DNA from: Lingula anatina
Lineage: Eukaryota > Animalia > Brachiopoda
Assembly: GCA_051362555.1 (NCBI GenBank)
Contig: CM120640.1
Location: 558,001 to 622,000, forward strand
DNA: 64,000 bases
Direction: 5' to 3'
In this document: positions 62,691-64,000 of the stretch, piece after piece
Layout of the letters: each line of letters opens with the position of its first letter
Position numbering within the stretch: the stretch's first letter is position 1
Notes under the pieces: generated by a model
What the model was told of the DNA's origin: nothing
Database searches by the model: none
What the model saw: only the letters and a program-made list of their open reading frames with translations
Made by a program: the position numbers and the translations under genes

Positions 62691-62938
62691 CAGGGACGGA
62701 TCCAGGATTATTTGAAGGGGGAGGGGCGCGGATGCGAAGCTGGCTTTGGGTTAGGGGACCATTTAAGGACCTCGAAAAAAAATGGATTGAAGAGGGTAAA
62801 TTGTGCCATTTGGTACGGTTTAGAACTATGATTCAGCTCATCAAAATTATAATTTGAAGAGGGGACCATTGGTGTGATTTTTTTTCGGATATCGAAGGGG
62901 GGGGGGGGGGTCAGGACCCCTCTCTAAATCCGCCCCTG
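62691..62938. mobile_element. hAT-like MITE related to 60263-60431
   Basis: Ends CAGGGACGGATCC and TAAATCCGCCCCTG. Confidence 0.7.
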
Positions 62939-64000
62939 GGTGGGGGTGGGGTGAGTGGGTGATAAATGTGACTCCTCCTGATCTTTAATAAGTATGTTCG
63001 TCCTATGTATTTTGAACACCTTAATTTTTTTCCTTTTCATTTCACAAAATGTATTAAAACTTGATATAGACATAAAACGCTTCTCATGTGTCTTTTTACA
63101 AATTAAGTACACCTGTACAAATAATTACTTTCGGTAATACTAATTCGATTATCCAGTTTATTTTTTTAATGCTTACATAATAGCTTTTATAATGCATAAT
63201 ACACAAACAACATTCTTTGAAAAAAAATGCAGTTGATTTACGCATTTTTATGCAAATCACCAATTAAAGGCAATTAATATTTCACATTGATTAAGATTTT
63301 TTAAAATCTCGTTAGAGAGAGTTGACAATAAAAGACATAAACGTGGATATTTCATCACACAAGAACGTCGAACTAATATAAGGCAAACACTATTCTTCTT
63401 CCTATTAATTCGGGGTGTAATGTGAAAGTGCGATAAAACTGTCTGGAATCCGTGTGTCAAAATGCCAATCATCTGTCATCGTAATCACAGCACAGCATCA
63501 ATGGCATTTGATGAACACACTTTGTTCTGCAGGTGCGCGTTGTGCCTGGGCATTACAATCTAAATCTAAGATCTCAGAACGATAAGGGATGTTATAGGTT
63601 GGTTATGAGCAACCAGTTTTTCGAATAAGAACATAAAGACATATACTGGGTGTTATAAACGTCGAAAAATTCCAAATGTACAATGAAAAAACAGCTTTTA
63701 ATCGGTTTGAGCAGTGAAAGTTACTTTGTTGTTCTGGCGGAAGGATCCAGATTCCAGGTCGAGGTTGGCCGCAAGTAGTGCCCGGGTCAGAGAAGTCTCA
63801 AGAGATTGCAGTGAGAAAGTTGTAGAAACTTTGTGTTGATTTTCGTCTGTTTCCAAACGAATTGATGACTCCAGAGGAGCAAAAAGAGGGATTTCACCAT
63901 CCCGTGATTACTTAGGATGAGGTGGATTGGTTTAATCTCCATCTTGTCCAGTGTTTTCAACATAATCCATGGTGAGTACCGATAAGTTCATAAGTTAGTG

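Overview
AT-rich animal genomic DNA with GT-AG introns; a lophotrochozoan/mollusc-like origin is inferred from the repeat types, not proven. Four spliced protein-coding genes can be reconstructed by hand with consistent intron phases: the 5' part of AGBL5/CCP5 (minus, runs off the left edge), RNF141 (minus), a RASSF7/8-family gene (plus, head-to-head with RNF141) and a ~920-940 aa uncharacterised minus-strand gene with an EF-hand-like segment. The main signal that the ORF track misses is a pair of miR-210 family hairpins on the minus strand (32.6 kb and 39.6 kb). They lie tail-to-tail with RASSF7/8, as human MIR210HG does with RASSF7. A candidate host promoter at ~42.4 kb packs HRE, CRE, NF-kB, TATA and CArG motifs. 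One hairpin may fall inside an extended RASSF 3' UTR, which would give that mRNA a perfectly complementary miR-210 site. Other oddities: an in-frame second copy of the RASSF C-terminal motif behind a UGA-C stop (possible readthrough), repeated tandem duplications of exon edges with their splice sites, a copy of the RNF141 stop region upstream of the RASSF coding exons, and a 3.9 kb Helentron/DINE-like element carrying a higher-order ~145 bp satellite rich in AGGTCA motifs. Several MITE-like elements are also present. Coordinates were counted by eye and may be off by a few bases.
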